Shown piece by piece: positions 8,375 to 18,457 of a stretch of 64,000 bases of DNA. The notes under the pieces are model-generated. The model was not told where the DNA came from and did no database searches. It saw nothing but the letters and a program-made list of their open reading frames with translations. The position numbers were made by a program, and so were the translations under genes. How positions within the stretch are numbered: position 1 is the first letter of the stretch; every line of letters starts with the position of its first letter. The DNA is taken from the NCBI GenBank assembly GCA_000436975.1, contig HG000340.1, positions 3,864-67,863 on the forward strand, given 5' to 3'. The stretch comes from Clostridium sp. CAG:1000 (GTDB taxonomy: Bacteria > Bacillota_I > Bacilli_A > RF39 > UBA660).

Positions 8375-8438
8375 AAATAAATAATTACAATCTTATGATT
8401 GTTTTTTAATTGAAAAAATATTATAATTAAATAGTAAT

Positions 8439-8512
8439 TGCCCCATGGCCAAGTGGTAAGGCTCTGGACTCTGACTCCAGCATCATAGGTTCGAATCCTA
8501 TTGGGGCAACCA
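8439..8512 (+). tRNA. tRNA-Gln (anticodon CUG), CCA encoded
   Basis: Hand-folded cloverleaf: acceptor TGCCCCA/TGGGGCA, anticodon stem CTGGA/TCCAG with loop CTCTGAC, and a TTCGAAT T-loop. Confidence 0.85.
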
Positions 8513-8513
8513 T

Positions 8514-8589
8514 GCTGAAATAGCTCAATTGGTAGAGCAACTGAATCGTAATCAGTAGGTTGGGGGTTCGATTCCTCTTTTCAGCACCA
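8514..8589 (+). tRNA. tRNA-Thr (anticodon CGU), CCA encoded
   Basis: Acceptor GCTGAAA/TTTCAGC, D-arm GCTCAATTGGTAGAGC, anticodon loop ATCGTAA, T-arm GGGGGTTCGATTCCTCT. Confidence 0.85.
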
Positions 8590-8747
8590 GATTGATAAGA
8601 TACTTGGATATATTCTAAGATTAAATAATAGACTATTAATAAAAACATTGAAATAGTGGATAGATTCACATAAAAAATGCTTTAGGCTACAACCTGACAA
8701 TATAATAAAAAGCGTTTATTCTTTGTATAAAGGAATAGGCGTTTTAT

Positions 8748-8948
8748 ATGAGTTTTGATGTAGAGTATTATAAAAAACAAATAAAATTTAGGGATGAAAT
8801 TTTAAAAGCAACTAAAAGGCTTGAAGAATTATTGCCTCAACAATCAGAACAAATAGAAAAAGAGAAAGAATCACTACAATCATATAAGTCATTATATAAA
8901 GAAGACTTGGGAGAAACTATTGGGTTGGAAGATGTTGTCTTGACTTAG
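8748..8948 (+). CDS. Hypothetical small coiled-coil protein
   Basis: ORF with a weak RBS. A second reading frame stays open from 8900 to 9036, just before a terminator, so the gene may be frameshifted. Confidence 0.35.
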   Translation: MSFDVEYYKKQIKFRDEILKATKRLEELLPQQSEQIEKEKESLQSYKSLYKEDLGETIGLEDVVLT

Positions 8949-9096
8949 ACATTTCTCTTCTTGATTATGTCACTATTATGGATTCGATTGAAAAAAAGAC
9001 TGATGAAAATAATATTAAATTAAAACTCGGTAAATAATTATCGAGTTTTAATATACAATTTAATTAAATAATGTTATTATATTTTTGAGGTGTACT

Positions 9097-9525
9097 ATGG
9101 AAAATTTAGAAACAATATTAAACTTATCATGGGAGAAAAGGACTTGCTATAAAGAATTAAAAGAAAAATGGACATATGAAAAGCCATATATAGGTCAAAG
9201 TGCAGTAACAGCACTTGTTGTTAATGATTTATTTGGTGGGTATATAATGAAAGTTAGAGTCGATGGTAAAAAGCACTATTATAATGTTGTTGAAGGAAAT
9301 ATTATTGATTATACAGCAAAACAATATGAAGATGGACTTATCAATTATGCAGAGGGTAAACTTGCATATAGAGGAAGAATATTAAAAGATTATGATACTA
9401 AAAGTAGATATTATATATTAGTTCAAAATGTTAAACATAATATCGAATTATTTAATGAAGAAGAATATAATAAAAGAGAAACTAAAATACATGAATTAAA
9501 ATTAAATGAATGGGTTGAGGATTAA
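9097..9525 (+). CDS. YunG-like protein
   Basis: GAGGTG RBS before the ATG at 9097. WEKRTCY...PYIGQSAVTALVVNDLFGG...YYN resembles the YunG family as I recall it. Confidence 0.5.
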   Translation: MENLETILNLSWEKRTCYKELKEKWTYEKPYIGQSAVTALVVNDLFGGYIMKVRVDGKKHYYNVVEGNIIDYTAKQYEDGLINYAEGKLAYRGRILKDYDTKSRYYILVQNVKHNIELFNEEEYNKRETKIHELKLNEWVED

Positions 9526-9637
9526 TCCTTGACTTTTTTAATTTATAAAATCTTGATAAAAAAATAGACAACTATATGTAAAGTGTGTTTTTGAAAGATA
9601 TCTGTTGTGATATAATAAAGTTGAACAGGAGGAAAAT

Positions 9638-10084
9638 ATGGCTAAAAGTGATGAAAAAATATATGGAATTTATTCAGGCTCATTACAGTTGCCTGAAATG
9701 ATAGATAAATTAAATGAAGTTGATTTATATTTACAAATAGATGCTTTAAAGGAAAATATATATTGGAAGTATAAAATGGCAAGCGCTGCACATAGCCAAT
9801 TAAATACTACTGAGGATGATTACGCACTTGAATATTTGATTTACAAGACTAAGAAATTTGGTACTAAGATACCTGAACCTAAAAGAGGTCAACATATTAG
9901 AATAACAGAAGAATATGAAAGATGGTATGAGTATTATGAAAATCATTTTAAAAAGAATTTGACTGAAGAAGAATGGAATGAATTTTTAATAAAAAAATAT
10001 AATAATGAAGATGTAAGTGAATTTTTACCAAGTGGTAAATGGAAAGGTTTTACCCATATTAGAAGATTAAAGGAGAAATTATGA
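9638..10084 (+). CDS. Hypothetical protein, translationally coupled to gpmA
   Basis: AGGAGG RBS. The stop overlaps the gpmA start as ATGA at 10081-10084. Confidence 0.6.
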   Translation: MAKSDEKIYGIYSGSLQLPEMIDKLNEVDLYLQIDALKENIYWKYKMASAAHSQLNTTEDDYALEYLIYKTKKFGTKIPEPKRGQHIRITEEYERWYEYYENHFKKNLTEEEWNEFLIKKYNNEDVSEFLPSGKWKGFTHIRRLKEKL

Positions 10085-10764
10085 TATTAGTTTTGCTAAG
10101 ACATGGACAAAGTATATGGAATAAAGAAAATAAGTTTACTGGATGGACTGATGTTGATTTAACTGAAGAAGGAAAAAAGGAGGCTCATAAAGCAGGTATA
10201 TTATTAAAGACAAAAGAATATACTTTTGATGTGGCGTTTTCATCAGTATTAAAAAGAGCTAATGATACATTAGATATTGTATTAAAAGAGCTTAATTTAA
10301 ATATACCTATACATTATAGCTATAAACTAAATGAAAGACATTATGGGGCTTTACAAGGCCTAAACAAGGATGAAACAAGAAAAAAATATGGGGAAGAACA
10401 AGTTCATTTATGGAGACGTAGTGCTTCTGTTAGACCACCGTTACTTGATATAAATGACTCTAGATATCCAGGAAATGATATTAAATATGGGGACCTTTCT
10501 GAAAATGAATTACCAAAGGGAGAATGCTTATTAGACACGATGAAAAGAACAGTTGAGTATTATGAATCAGATATTAAAAAAGAATTACTTCAAAATAAAA
10601 ATGTTTTAGTAGTGGCTCATGGTAATAGTTTAAGATCAATAATTAAATATTTAGAAAATATAAGTGATGAAGATATCATGAATATTGAATTACCAACTGG
10701 GGTACCTTATATATATGAAATGAATGAAAAATTAGAGATTATTAATAAGTTCTTTCTTAAATAA
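10081..10764 (+). CDS. gpmA: 2,3-bisphosphoglycerate-dependent phosphoglycerate mutase
   Basis: LLRHGQSIWNKENKFTGWTDVDLTEEG and VVAHGNSLRS histidine-phosphatase motifs. Confidence 0.9.
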   Translation: MILVLLRHGQSIWNKENKFTGWTDVDLTEEGKKEAHKAGILLKTKEYTFDVAFSSVLKRANDTLDIVLKELNLNIPIHYSYKLNERHYGALQGLNKDETRKKYGEEQVHLWRRSASVRPPLLDINDSRYPGNDIKYGDLSENELPKGECLLDTMKRTVEYYESDIKKELLQNKNVLVVAHGNSLRSIIKYLENISDEDIMNIELPTGVPYIYEMNEKLEIINKFFLK

Positions 10765-10799
10765 AAAAAATATTATATAATATAGAAAAAGGAGATATT

Positions 10800-11609
10800 A
10801 TGACATATGAGAAGTTAAAAGCTACTGTTGATAAAAAGATTAATGGTAGTGGTAGTAATATAGAATTATCAGCATTAGAATTATATAAAGGTAGTATACA
10901 AGGCTTAGAGGTTATACAAAGTGTAATAGCAGATGATTTTTTTGTAGAGTCAATGAATTATTTACAGGGATATGGAAGAAAATTTTCTAAAAGGATAGCA
11001 AAAATAGATGGTAAGAAGAGTCCATTTATGACAAGCGCTCAATATTTTACTGATACTAGAAACAAAATGATGTTTCCTCTTGTGATTGATGATAATGGTA
11101 AGACTAGAAATTGTGCTCTTGAAACATATGTATCTGATCATGAATTAAAATACAATATTTATTTTGATAATATGCATGATGAAGAAAATGATAAATATAT
11201 TGTAAAATATGTTGAATTATTTTTAAAATCTTTTGGAAAAGAAATAAAAGATAGAATAGAGGCATTAGATATATTAACTAAAACATATAATGTTACATTT
11301 AATGGTTTTGATATTCATAAGGCAGATAAATATCAAGTAATAGATGATGGGATATTTAGAGTAACATTTGAAAGCTCGTCTGATAAGAGAAATTTAAATG
11401 TAAATATTGGTTTTAATACTACAGAACTTCAAGTTTTAAGTAATAAAGAATATTTATCTAAAGAGTCTATAAAAACATACATGGAATCAAATAAAGATAA
11501 AATATTATCTAATATAAAAGTAAATTCAAATGATTTAAATTCTTTCTATGCGAGTATAGCTAGAATAACTAAAAGACGTAAAAAAGAAGACGAAATTATT
11601 AAGAAGTAA
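10800..11609 (+). CDS. Hypothetical protein
   Basis: AAGGAG RBS and a long ORF. I recognise no family. Confidence 0.55.
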   Translation: MTYEKLKATVDKKINGSGSNIELSALELYKGSIQGLEVIQSVIADDFFVESMNYLQGYGRKFSKRIAKIDGKKSPFMTSAQYFTDTRNKMMFPLVIDDNGKTRNCALETYVSDHELKYNIYFDNMHDEENDKYIVKYVELFLKSFGKEIKDRIEALDILTKTYNVTFNGFDIHKADKYQVIDDGIFRVTFESSSDKRNLNVNIGFNTTELQVLSNKEYLSKESIKTYMESNKDKILSNIKVNSNDLNSFYASIARITKRRKKEDEIIKK

Positions 11610-11676
11610 CCTTCGATTTGATTTTAATAAGCAAATATGGTATAATACATATTGCTTATTTTTTGAAGGAGAAAAA

Positions 11677-12231
11677 ATGACAAATATAATTTTAATGATA
11701 TTTAGTTTAATATCATTCCCATCTAAAGAAGTAGATGAAAATAATTTTAAATATATAGATACACAAATAAAAGTAAATGTAAGTGAGTTTAAAGAAAAGA
11801 AAGAACTGTACGAAAAGAAAAACTATTTTAATGGTGAATCTAAAGAAGAAATAGCAAATAAGCTTAATAGATATTTAAATTCAACATTAAAAGGAAAAGG
11901 AAAGTTCATAGTTGATTATAGTTTTGAAGTAGGGATGGATCCTTATTTAGCAACTGGTGTTATGCTTCAAGAAACAGGCTGCTATTGGACATGTAGTTAT
12001 CTTACTCGTGTATGTAATAATGTGGGTGGTAACAAAGGCGGACCTTCATGTAACGGAGGAAGTTATAGAAGATTTGATACTATTGAAGAAGGTATTAAAT
12101 TTGCTATTAATAAATTAAATAGTTACTATAGCAAGGGTAAAACAACAACTTATGAAATCGGACCATATTATGCAAGTGATCCAAAATGGCCAACAAGAGT
12201 AAATAATTATATAAATAAGTTAAAAAAATAA
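11677..12231 (+). CDS. Secreted glucosaminidase/lysozyme-like (LYZ2-type) protein
   Basis: GAAGGAG RBS and an N-terminal hydrophobic segment. MLQETGCYW...NNVGGNKGG...RRFDTIEEGI resembles the mannosyl-glycoprotein endo-beta-N-acetylglucosaminidase domain. Confidence 0.55.
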   Translation: MTNIILMIFSLISFPSKEVDENNFKYIDTQIKVNVSEFKEKKELYEKKNYFNGESKEEIANKLNRYLNSTLKGKGKFIVDYSFEVGMDPYLATGVMLQETGCYWTCSYLTRVCNNVGGNKGGPSCNGGSYRRFDTIEEGIKFAINKLNSYYSKGKTTTYEIGPYYASDPKWPTRVNNYINKLKK

Positions 12232-12268
12232 GTATAAATAAAATAAACAGGGGAAGTTGGTGAATATT

Positions 12269-12892
12269 ATGAATCATGATGTATATATGCACGCTATAAA
12301 TGCAACATGCGAATATGATTCAACTAGAACTAGAACAATACTTTATAAAATTTTAAAATGCAATGCGCTTCTTTCATTAAGAAAGCAAAGAAAGTTTAAT
12401 AAAGGGGGCTTTGCTGGTAGAGATTATATATCGCTTTGTGATTATAGTAAGAAAGATATTGTAAATAGTGGTGTAAGTGGATATAATTCATATAATGCTT
12501 ATATTAGAAATAGTCTATCATTAATAATACCAAGAAAAGGGTTGGAAGTTGTAGAGCCTAAATTGGTAGATATCTGTACTAATAGTGCTTATGGATTTAA
12601 TAAAATGTTGGAACTAGGTAAAAGTAAGACTACTAGATATACAGATATGCCAGATGAAGTACAAGTGAAAGATAAAATAGCACTTGATGATTTAATTGGA
12701 ATAACATTTCCAACACATTTATTGTGCTTTCAAGATAAGGATGTATCTAAAAGATTAATAAGTGTAATAATTAATGACCTAGATACAATATTAAATAAAT
12801 TTGATAAAGATATACCAATATACGATATAAATACTGAACTTAATTTAAAAGATGAAGCTGAAAAAGAGCTAGTACTTAAAGAATTATTATAA
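12269..12892 (+). CDS. Hypothetical protein
   Basis: ATG at 12269 lies 12 nt after GGGGAAG. I recognise no family. Confidence 0.5.
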   Translation: MNHDVYMHAINATCEYDSTRTRTILYKILKCNALLSLRKQRKFNKGGFAGRDYISLCDYSKKDIVNSGVSGYNSYNAYIRNSLSLIIPRKGLEVVEPKLVDICTNSAYGFNKMLELGKSKTTRYTDMPDEVQVKDKIALDDLIGITFPTHLLCFQDKDVSKRLISVIINDLDTILNKFDKDIPIYDINTELNLKDEAEKELVLKELL

Positions 12893-12907
12893 ATTTAATT
12901 ACTTATA

Positions 12908-13085
12908 TTGACAAAGCCAATTTAAAGTAATATAATACTCTCGTAAACGTTGAAGAAAAAAACGTGACAATTTTCTGAGTTTAATCGCAAATCGGCGTTA
13001 AAGATATTAAAGGTAGAAATTAAATCTATGAAGTAAGATGGCACCGCGAGCGACCTCGCTCTTACGAAATAGATTTTTTTTCATA
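12908..13085 (+). promoter_or_regulatory. Consensus promoter plus short T-box-like leader, candidate Asp specifier GAC, upstream of aspS
   Basis: TTGACA (12908-12913), a 17-nt spacer, then TATAAT (12931-12936). The hairpin acgtt/aacgt is followed by GAC-A. The T-box-like core is aagatggcaccgcgag. A long terminator helix aaatctat.../...atagattt is followed by T8. Confidence 0.55.
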
Positions 13086-13098
13086 TATTGGAGGAAGT

Positions 13099-14841
13099 AT
13101 GGAAAACAAATATAGAAATGTATATTGTGGAGAAGTAACAAAAGAATATGTTAATAAAGAAGTAAGACTAGCTGGATGGATTGATACTATTAGGAACTTA
13201 GGAAGTCTTTTATTTATAACATTAAGAGATGAAAAAGGAATAGTACAATTAATATCAAATGATGTAGAGAAATATAAAGACCTTAATCGTGAAAGTACAG
13301 TTACTGTGACAGGCATTGTTAGAAAAAGAACTGATGATATGATTAATAAAAATATGAAAACAGGTGAAATAGAAGTTGAAATAGAGTCATTAGAAGTATT
13401 AGGCGATGTATATAGAACTCTTCCATTTGAAGTTAATTCGAGTAAAACTTCTAGTGAAGAAACAAGACTTAAATATAGATATTTAGATTTGAGAAATAAA
13501 GAAGTACATGATGGCATAATATTTAGAACTAAAGTACTTGATTTTATACGTAAGACTATGAAAGAAATGGATTTTACTGAGATTCAAACACCAATTTTAA
13601 CAGCATCTAGTCCAGAAGGAGCAAGAGATTTTATTGTACCAAGTAGAAAATATAAAGGTAAATTCTATGCCTTACCACAAGCACCACAAATATTTAAACA
13701 ATTATTAATGTGTAGTGGGTTTAATAGATACTTTCAAATTGCACCATGTTTTAGAGATGAAGACCCAAGAAGAGATAGACTTTATGGTGAATTTTATCAA
13801 CTTGATTTTGAAATGTCATTTGCGACTCAAGAAGATGTATTTGAAGTAGGCCAAAAGGTATTTTATGATGTGTTTAAGAAATTTGGAAATAAAGAAGTAA
13901 GTCCTATTCCATTTAGAAGAATACCATATAAAGAAGCTATGGAAAAATATGGTAGTGATAAACCTGATTTAAGAATCAAATTTGAAATAGAAAACTTAAC
14001 TTCAATACTTAAAAATAATGAATCAGTTGTATTTAAAGATAAAGAAGTTAAATGTATGAAATTAGATTCATGTGATAAGTCAAACTCATGGTTTAAAAAA
14101 TTAGAAAGCGAATATAAAGAGCTTGGTGCTTCATCACTTGGATTTATAAAATTAGAAAATAATGAAATGTCTGGTTCAATGGCTAAACTATTTAGTGAAG
14201 AAGAACTTAAAAATATAAAAGATAAGTTAAAATTAGAGAATAATAATTATTTAGTAATTATATGTGGCTCTAAGGGTGAGAAATTTGATAAACTATGTGG
14301 AAGTTTAAGACTTAGACTTGCTGATGAATTAGATTTAGTAGACAAATCTAAATTTGAATTTTGTATTATAGTAGATTTCCCATTCTATGAATGGAATGAA
14401 GAAGATAATAAATGGGATTTTACACACAATCCATTTAGTATGCCAAATGGTGGACTTAAAGCACTTGAAACAATGAATCCCGGCGATATAGTAGCATGTC
14501 AATATGATTTTGTATGCAATGGTCTTGAAATGGCTAGTGGAGGAGAGAGAAACTATAGCCCAGTTATTCTTAAAAAAGCATTTGAAATAGCTGGTTATGA
14601 TGAAAGCGTAGTTGAAAGTAAATTTCCATCATTATATCAAGCATTTCAATTTGGAGCACCTCCTCATGCAGGAATGGCTCCTGGAATAGACAGAATACTT
14701 ATGCTTTTAAAAGATGAAGATAATATTCGTGAAATGGTAGCTTTTCCAATGGCAGCAAATGGTGCGGATGCATTAATGGGAAGTCCAAATGAAGTATTTG
14801 AAACTCAATTAAGAGAGACACATATAAAAATAAGAGATTAG
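13099..14841 (+). CDS. aspS: Aspartate--tRNA ligase (bacterial type)
   Basis: GGAGG RBS. N-terminal OB fold (VRLAGWIDTIRNLGSLLFITLRD) and class II motifs FRDED and GMAPGIDR. Confidence 0.95.
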   Translation: MENKYRNVYCGEVTKEYVNKEVRLAGWIDTIRNLGSLLFITLRDEKGIVQLISNDVEKYKDLNRESTVTVTGIVRKRTDDMINKNMKTGEIEVEIESLEVLGDVYRTLPFEVNSSKTSSEETRLKYRYLDLRNKEVHDGIIFRTKVLDFIRKTMKEMDFTEIQTPILTASSPEGARDFIVPSRKYKGKFYALPQAPQIFKQLLMCSGFNRYFQIAPCFRDEDPRRDRLYGEFYQLDFEMSFATQEDVFEVGQKVFYDVFKKFGNKEVSPIPFRRIPYKEAMEKYGSDKPDLRIKFEIENLTSILKNNESVVFKDKEVKCMKLDSCDKSNSWFKKLESEYKELGASSLGFIKLENNEMSGSMAKLFSEEELKNIKDKLKLENNNYLVIICGSKGEKFDKLCGSLRLRLADELDLVDKSKFEFCIIVDFPFYEWNEEDNKWDFTHNPFSMPNGGLKALETMNPGDIVACQYDFVCNGLEMASGGERNYSPVILKKAFEIAGYDESVVESKFPSLYQAFQFGAPPHAGMAPGIDRILMLLKDEDNIREMVAFPMAANGADALMGSPNEVFETQLRETHIKIRD

Positions 14842-14856
14842 TAAAGGAATATAAAA

Positions 14857-15549
14857 ATGAAAATAAAAGAAAAACAGCTATCACAAATAAATGAAAATTC
14901 ATTATTACATTTTGCAAGAATTGATTCTTTGAAAGATATAGAAGAATATGGTATTAGAAGAGATTTTACAAATAATGCTATTGAACAAGCAACTACATAT
15001 AAAGCAACTTTTTCAAAAGGACCAATTGGTTTATTAAAAATGACTGATATGTGGATTAGTAATTTAATTTATTCAGTGGGGTTAGATAGATATTTTTCTA
15101 GTCTAGTTTCATTTACAGCTACTGAATACAATGAAATAAAAGATAATTATAAGAAATTATATAAAGAGGGAAAAACTCAAACAAGTGAGGTTATAGAAAG
15201 CACTTTTGAATATTTAGAAAAATTCTTAAATTCTGATGTTATATTAGAAATAGAAGATACCGAAGAAAATATTATAAAGGGAATGATTGATAATTATGAG
15301 CTTGATAAAACTTATAATTTTGATAGGGAAGTAATAAGTGAAAAGTTGCAATATATAGATGTTGGTGTAGTTACGACAAATGAAGTTAACATGATTACAA
15401 ATGGTGATAATGTTAATGCTAAAGATATAATAAAACAATTATATGAAGAATATAAAGGGTTAAGTTTTGAATATTTAGATGATTTTATTAGCTATATTAA
15501 TAATAAACATATGAACCCAGAATTAAGGAGGACAAATAAATGGAATTAA
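14857..15549 (+). CDS. Hypothetical protein embedded between aspS and lysS
   Basis: RBS present. Starts 15 nt after aspS and overlaps the lysS start by 10 nt. I recognise no family. Confidence 0.55.
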   Translation: MKIKEKQLSQINENSLLHFARIDSLKDIEEYGIRRDFTNNAIEQATTYKATFSKGPIGLLKMTDMWISNLIYSVGLDRYFSSLVSFTATEYNEIKDNYKKLYKEGKTQTSEVIESTFEYLEKFLNSDVILEIEDTEENIIKGMIDNYELDKTYNFDREVISEKLQYIDVGVVTTNEVNMITNGDNVNAKDIIKQLYEEYKGLSFEYLDDFISYINNKHMNPELRRTNKWN

Positions 15550-17012
15550 AACTTTCAGAACAAGAAATTGTTAGAAGAGAAAAATTAGATGAAATAAGAA
15601 AGGTATGTAATCCATACCCAAGTAAATTTGAAAGAACACATACACTAAAAGAAGCAAGAGAATTAGAAGATGGAACTACTGATGTAAGTATAGCTGGTAG
15701 AATAATATTCATGAGAAAGATGGGTAAATTATCTTTTGTTAGAATTCGTGATTTAGAAAGTGATATGCAACTAGAAATAAAGATTGATACAGTTGGAGAA
15801 GAAACTTATTCATTCTTTAAGAAATTAATTGACTCAGGGGATTTTATTGGCGCTAAGGGAGAAATATTTACTACTCAAACAGGTGAAAAAACTTTAAGAG
15901 TTGAAACACTTACATTCTTAGGAAAAGCATTAAAACCACTACCTGAAAAGTTTCATGGGTTGCAAGATACAGAACTTAAATACAGACAAAGATATACTGA
16001 TCTTATAATGAATGAAGAATCAAGACGCGTATTTTTGGGAAGAAGTAAACTTTATGCATTTATACATAAGTATTTAGGAGAAAATGGATTCTTAGAAGTT
16101 GAAACACCAATATTACAAAATGCCGTTAGTGGTGCTTCTGCTAAACCATTCTATACTCATCATAATGCTCTTGATATGGATTGTAATTTAAGAATCGCAC
16201 CAGAAACATATTTAAAGCAATGTATTGCTGGTGGATTTGATAGAGTTTATGAACTTGCTAAATGTTTTAGAAATGAAGGAATGGATACAGAACACTTACA
16301 AGAATTTACTCAAGTTGAATGGTATGTTTCATATTGGGATTTTGAAGATACTATTAAATTCTATAAGGAATTTATTAAGAATATGCTAATAGAACTAGTT
16401 GGTACTACTGAAATAGAATATCAAGGAAATATACTTAACTTTGGTGATTATGAATGGCCAAGAATAAATTATGTAGAAGAAATGGAAAAAATCTTAGGAT
16501 GCGATTTCCTTGCTATAGAAGACCCTCTTGAACTTAAAAAAGTAGTTGTTTCTAAGGGATTATTTACTATGGAGGATCTACAAGATTATAAATCATTAAG
16601 TCAAATAATAGACTTTGTATATAAGAAAACTATTAGATGTAATATAGTAGGTCCAACTATTATTTATAATTATCCTGCTGTTTTAATACCTCTTGCTAGG
16701 AGAAATGATGATGATGCAAGAAGAGTAGATATGTTTCAAGTAGTAGCAAGTGGAACTGAACTTTGTAAAGCATTCTCAGAACTTGTAAATCCTTTTGAAC
16801 AACGTCATGCTTTTGAGGAACAATTAAAAGCAAAATCACAAGGTGATGATGAAACAATGGATATGGATGAAGGTTTCTTAGATGCTATGGAAACAGGTAT
16901 GCCACCAATCTCAGGATTAGGGTTTGGAATAGATAGATTAATGATGATTATTTATAATCAACCATCTATTAGAGATGTAGTATTGTTCCCACAAATGAAA
17001 GATATAAAATAG
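15540..17012 (+). CDS. lysS: Lysine--tRNA ligase (class II)
   Basis: AGGAGG RBS. RVYELAKCFRNEG and GFGIDRLMM class II motifs, plus an N-terminal OB fold. Confidence 0.95.
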   Translation: MELKLSEQEIVRREKLDEIRKVCNPYPSKFERTHTLKEARELEDGTTDVSIAGRIIFMRKMGKLSFVRIRDLESDMQLEIKIDTVGEETYSFFKKLIDSGDFIGAKGEIFTTQTGEKTLRVETLTFLGKALKPLPEKFHGLQDTELKYRQRYTDLIMNEESRRVFLGRSKLYAFIHKYLGENGFLEVETPILQNAVSGASAKPFYTHHNALDMDCNLRIAPETYLKQCIAGGFDRVYELAKCFRNEGMDTEHLQEFTQVEWYVSYWDFEDTIKFYKEFIKNMLIELVGTTEIEYQGNILNFGDYEWPRINYVEEMEKILGCDFLAIEDPLELKKVVVSKGLFTMEDLQDYKSLSQIIDFVYKKTIRCNIVGPTIIYNYPAVLIPLARRNDDDARRVDMFQVVASGTELCKAFSELVNPFEQRHAFEEQLKAKSQGDDETMDMDEGFLDAMETGMPPISGLGFGIDRLMMIIYNQPSIRDVVLFPQMKDIK

Positions 17013-17031
17013 GCTTTAAAAGTCTATTTTT
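17010..17031 (+). terminator. Rho-independent terminator after lysS
   Basis: Hairpin taggctt/aagtcta with one G:U pair, followed by TTTTT. Confidence 0.55.
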
Positions 17032-17156
17032 ATCTTATAGAAAAGTTCTTCCAAAATTGAAAAAATTTTAAAAAATGATAAAAATCTATTGCTGTATATT
17101 CTTTAATATTGTATGATAATATCAATATTATTAAAATACAATCGAAGGGGGAATTA

Positions 17157-18338
17157 ATGTACTATAAAGCATATAGATTTAGAATTTATCCAGACGAAAA
17201 GCAAAGAACTCTAATTAATAAAACATTAGGTTGTACTAGATTTGTTTACAACTACTTTTTGAATATACAAAAAGAAAATAGTTATAAAAAAGCAAGTGAA
17301 AATATTAAATATTATACTCACCATTTAAAATATGAATATCCATTTCTACAAGAAGCTGATAGTATAGCTATAAATAAAGCACTGTTTAATCTAGAAGATT
17401 CATATAAAAGATTTTTTAATAAACAAAGTGGTTATCCAAAATTCAAAAGTAAGTTTAGTAAAAACAGTTATAGTACAACTGCTATTTATGGTACATATAA
17501 AAATAATAATTATTGTAATATAGAACTAGACTTAGAAAGTAAAATGATAAAGTTACCTAAATTAAAAAAAATAAAGATTAGGGGCTATAGAAATACAAAA
17601 TCTATCAATGGTAGAATTATAAGTACAACTGTATCAAGAGAACCAAATGGCAAATATTATGTATCTGTTCTTTTTGAAATGAATGATGAAATTCAAAAAG
17701 TTGTTCCTGCATCAATAGTTGGAATAGATTTAGGTGTTAAAAAATTAGTTACTCTTTCTGATGGAACAGAATATGAAAATAATAAATATATATTAAAATA
17801 TGAAAAAAGAATAAAAAGAATGCAAAGAGCATTATCAAGAAAAGTAAAAGGAAGTAATAATCATTTTAAATGTAAAAGAAAACTAGTGGCGCTACATAGT
17901 AAACTAGCTAATTCAAGAAAATATTATATACATAAAATCAGTAAAAACATAACAGATGAGTATGACATTATAACTTGTGAGAAATTACATACAAAAAGTA
18001 TGATAATAGAAGGAAAGAAAAATACTCTATCAAAAAATATAAATGATGCATGTTTTAATGAAATAATAAGACAACTCGAATATAAGTCCAAGTTTAAAGG
18101 CAAACAGTTTTATCAAATATATGATTATTATCCATCAAGTCAAACATGTAGTAGATGTAATAATCAAGATAAAAAATACAAAAACTTAAATGAAAGGATA
18201 TATAACTGCACAAAGTGTTATTTAAAGTTAGATAGAGATTTAAACGCAAGTATAAATATAATGTTTGAAGGATTAAAAATGTATATAAAAAATAATAAAA
18301 GAAACATTTTAAAAAGTAATATAAGTATGATAAAATAA
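17157..18338 (+). CDS. tnpB: TnpB (IS605 OrfB family RNA-guided endonuclease)
   Basis: GGGGGA RBS. The N-terminus MYYKAYRFRIYPDEKQRTLINKTLGCTRFVYN is typical of OrfB. RuvC-like GIDLGV, CEKL and DRDLNASINI are present, with a CSRC...CTKC zinc finger. Confidence 0.9.
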   Translation: MYYKAYRFRIYPDEKQRTLINKTLGCTRFVYNYFLNIQKENSYKKASENIKYYTHHLKYEYPFLQEADSIAINKALFNLEDSYKRFFNKQSGYPKFKSKFSKNSYSTTAIYGTYKNNNYCNIELDLESKMIKLPKLKKIKIRGYRNTKSINGRIISTTVSREPNGKYYVSVLFEMNDEIQKVVPASIVGIDLGVKKLVTLSDGTEYENNKYILKYEKRIKRMQRALSRKVKGSNNHFKCKRKLVALHSKLANSRKYYIHKISKNITDEYDIITCEKLHTKSMIIEGKKNTLSKNINDACFNEIIRQLEYKSKFKGKQFYQIYDYYPSSQTCSRCNNQDKKYKNLNERIYNCTKCYLKLDRDLNASINIMFEGLKMYIKNNKRNILKSNISMIK

Positions 18339-18457
18339 TTAATAGAAAGAAAAATAAGAACAAAGAAAGTACGGTAGCGACTATCGGAATTTAAGTCTGC
18401 AAGAGAAGACTCAGTAGAGTGTCTGTGAAGCAGAAATTTGGAATCGTGAGGTTTCAA
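18240..18457 (+). ncRNA. Putative omega-RNA (reRNA) scaffold of the TnpB element; boundaries are guesses
   Basis: In characterised TnpB elements the guide RNA overlaps the 3' end of tnpB and the right end. This tail has nested stems (tctgc...gcaga, agac...gtct) and ends in ...gaatcgtgaggtttcaa. Confidence 0.4.

Larger units (their letters stand above)
17040..18457 (+). mobile_element. IS200/IS605-family element carrying tnpB only (no tnpA); ends are approximate
   Basis: A full-length TnpB ORF. A subterminal inverted repeat attgtat...atacaat (17108-17142) lies upstream, and a structured about 120-nt tail lies downstream of the stop. No Y1 transposase ORF is present. Confidence 0.55.

Noticed and set aside
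8427-8669. 80-aa minus-strand ORF.
   Set aside because: It overlaps the two hand-folded tRNA genes (Gln and Thr) on the + strand. It is an artefact of the ORF scan.
8900-9036. A second reading frame continues past the stop of ORF 8748-8948 up to a terminator, which suggests a frameshifted gene of about 95 aa.
   Set aside because: I recognise no homology for either piece, so I cannot tell a frameshift from chance in AT-rich DNA. It is noted in the feature evidence only.
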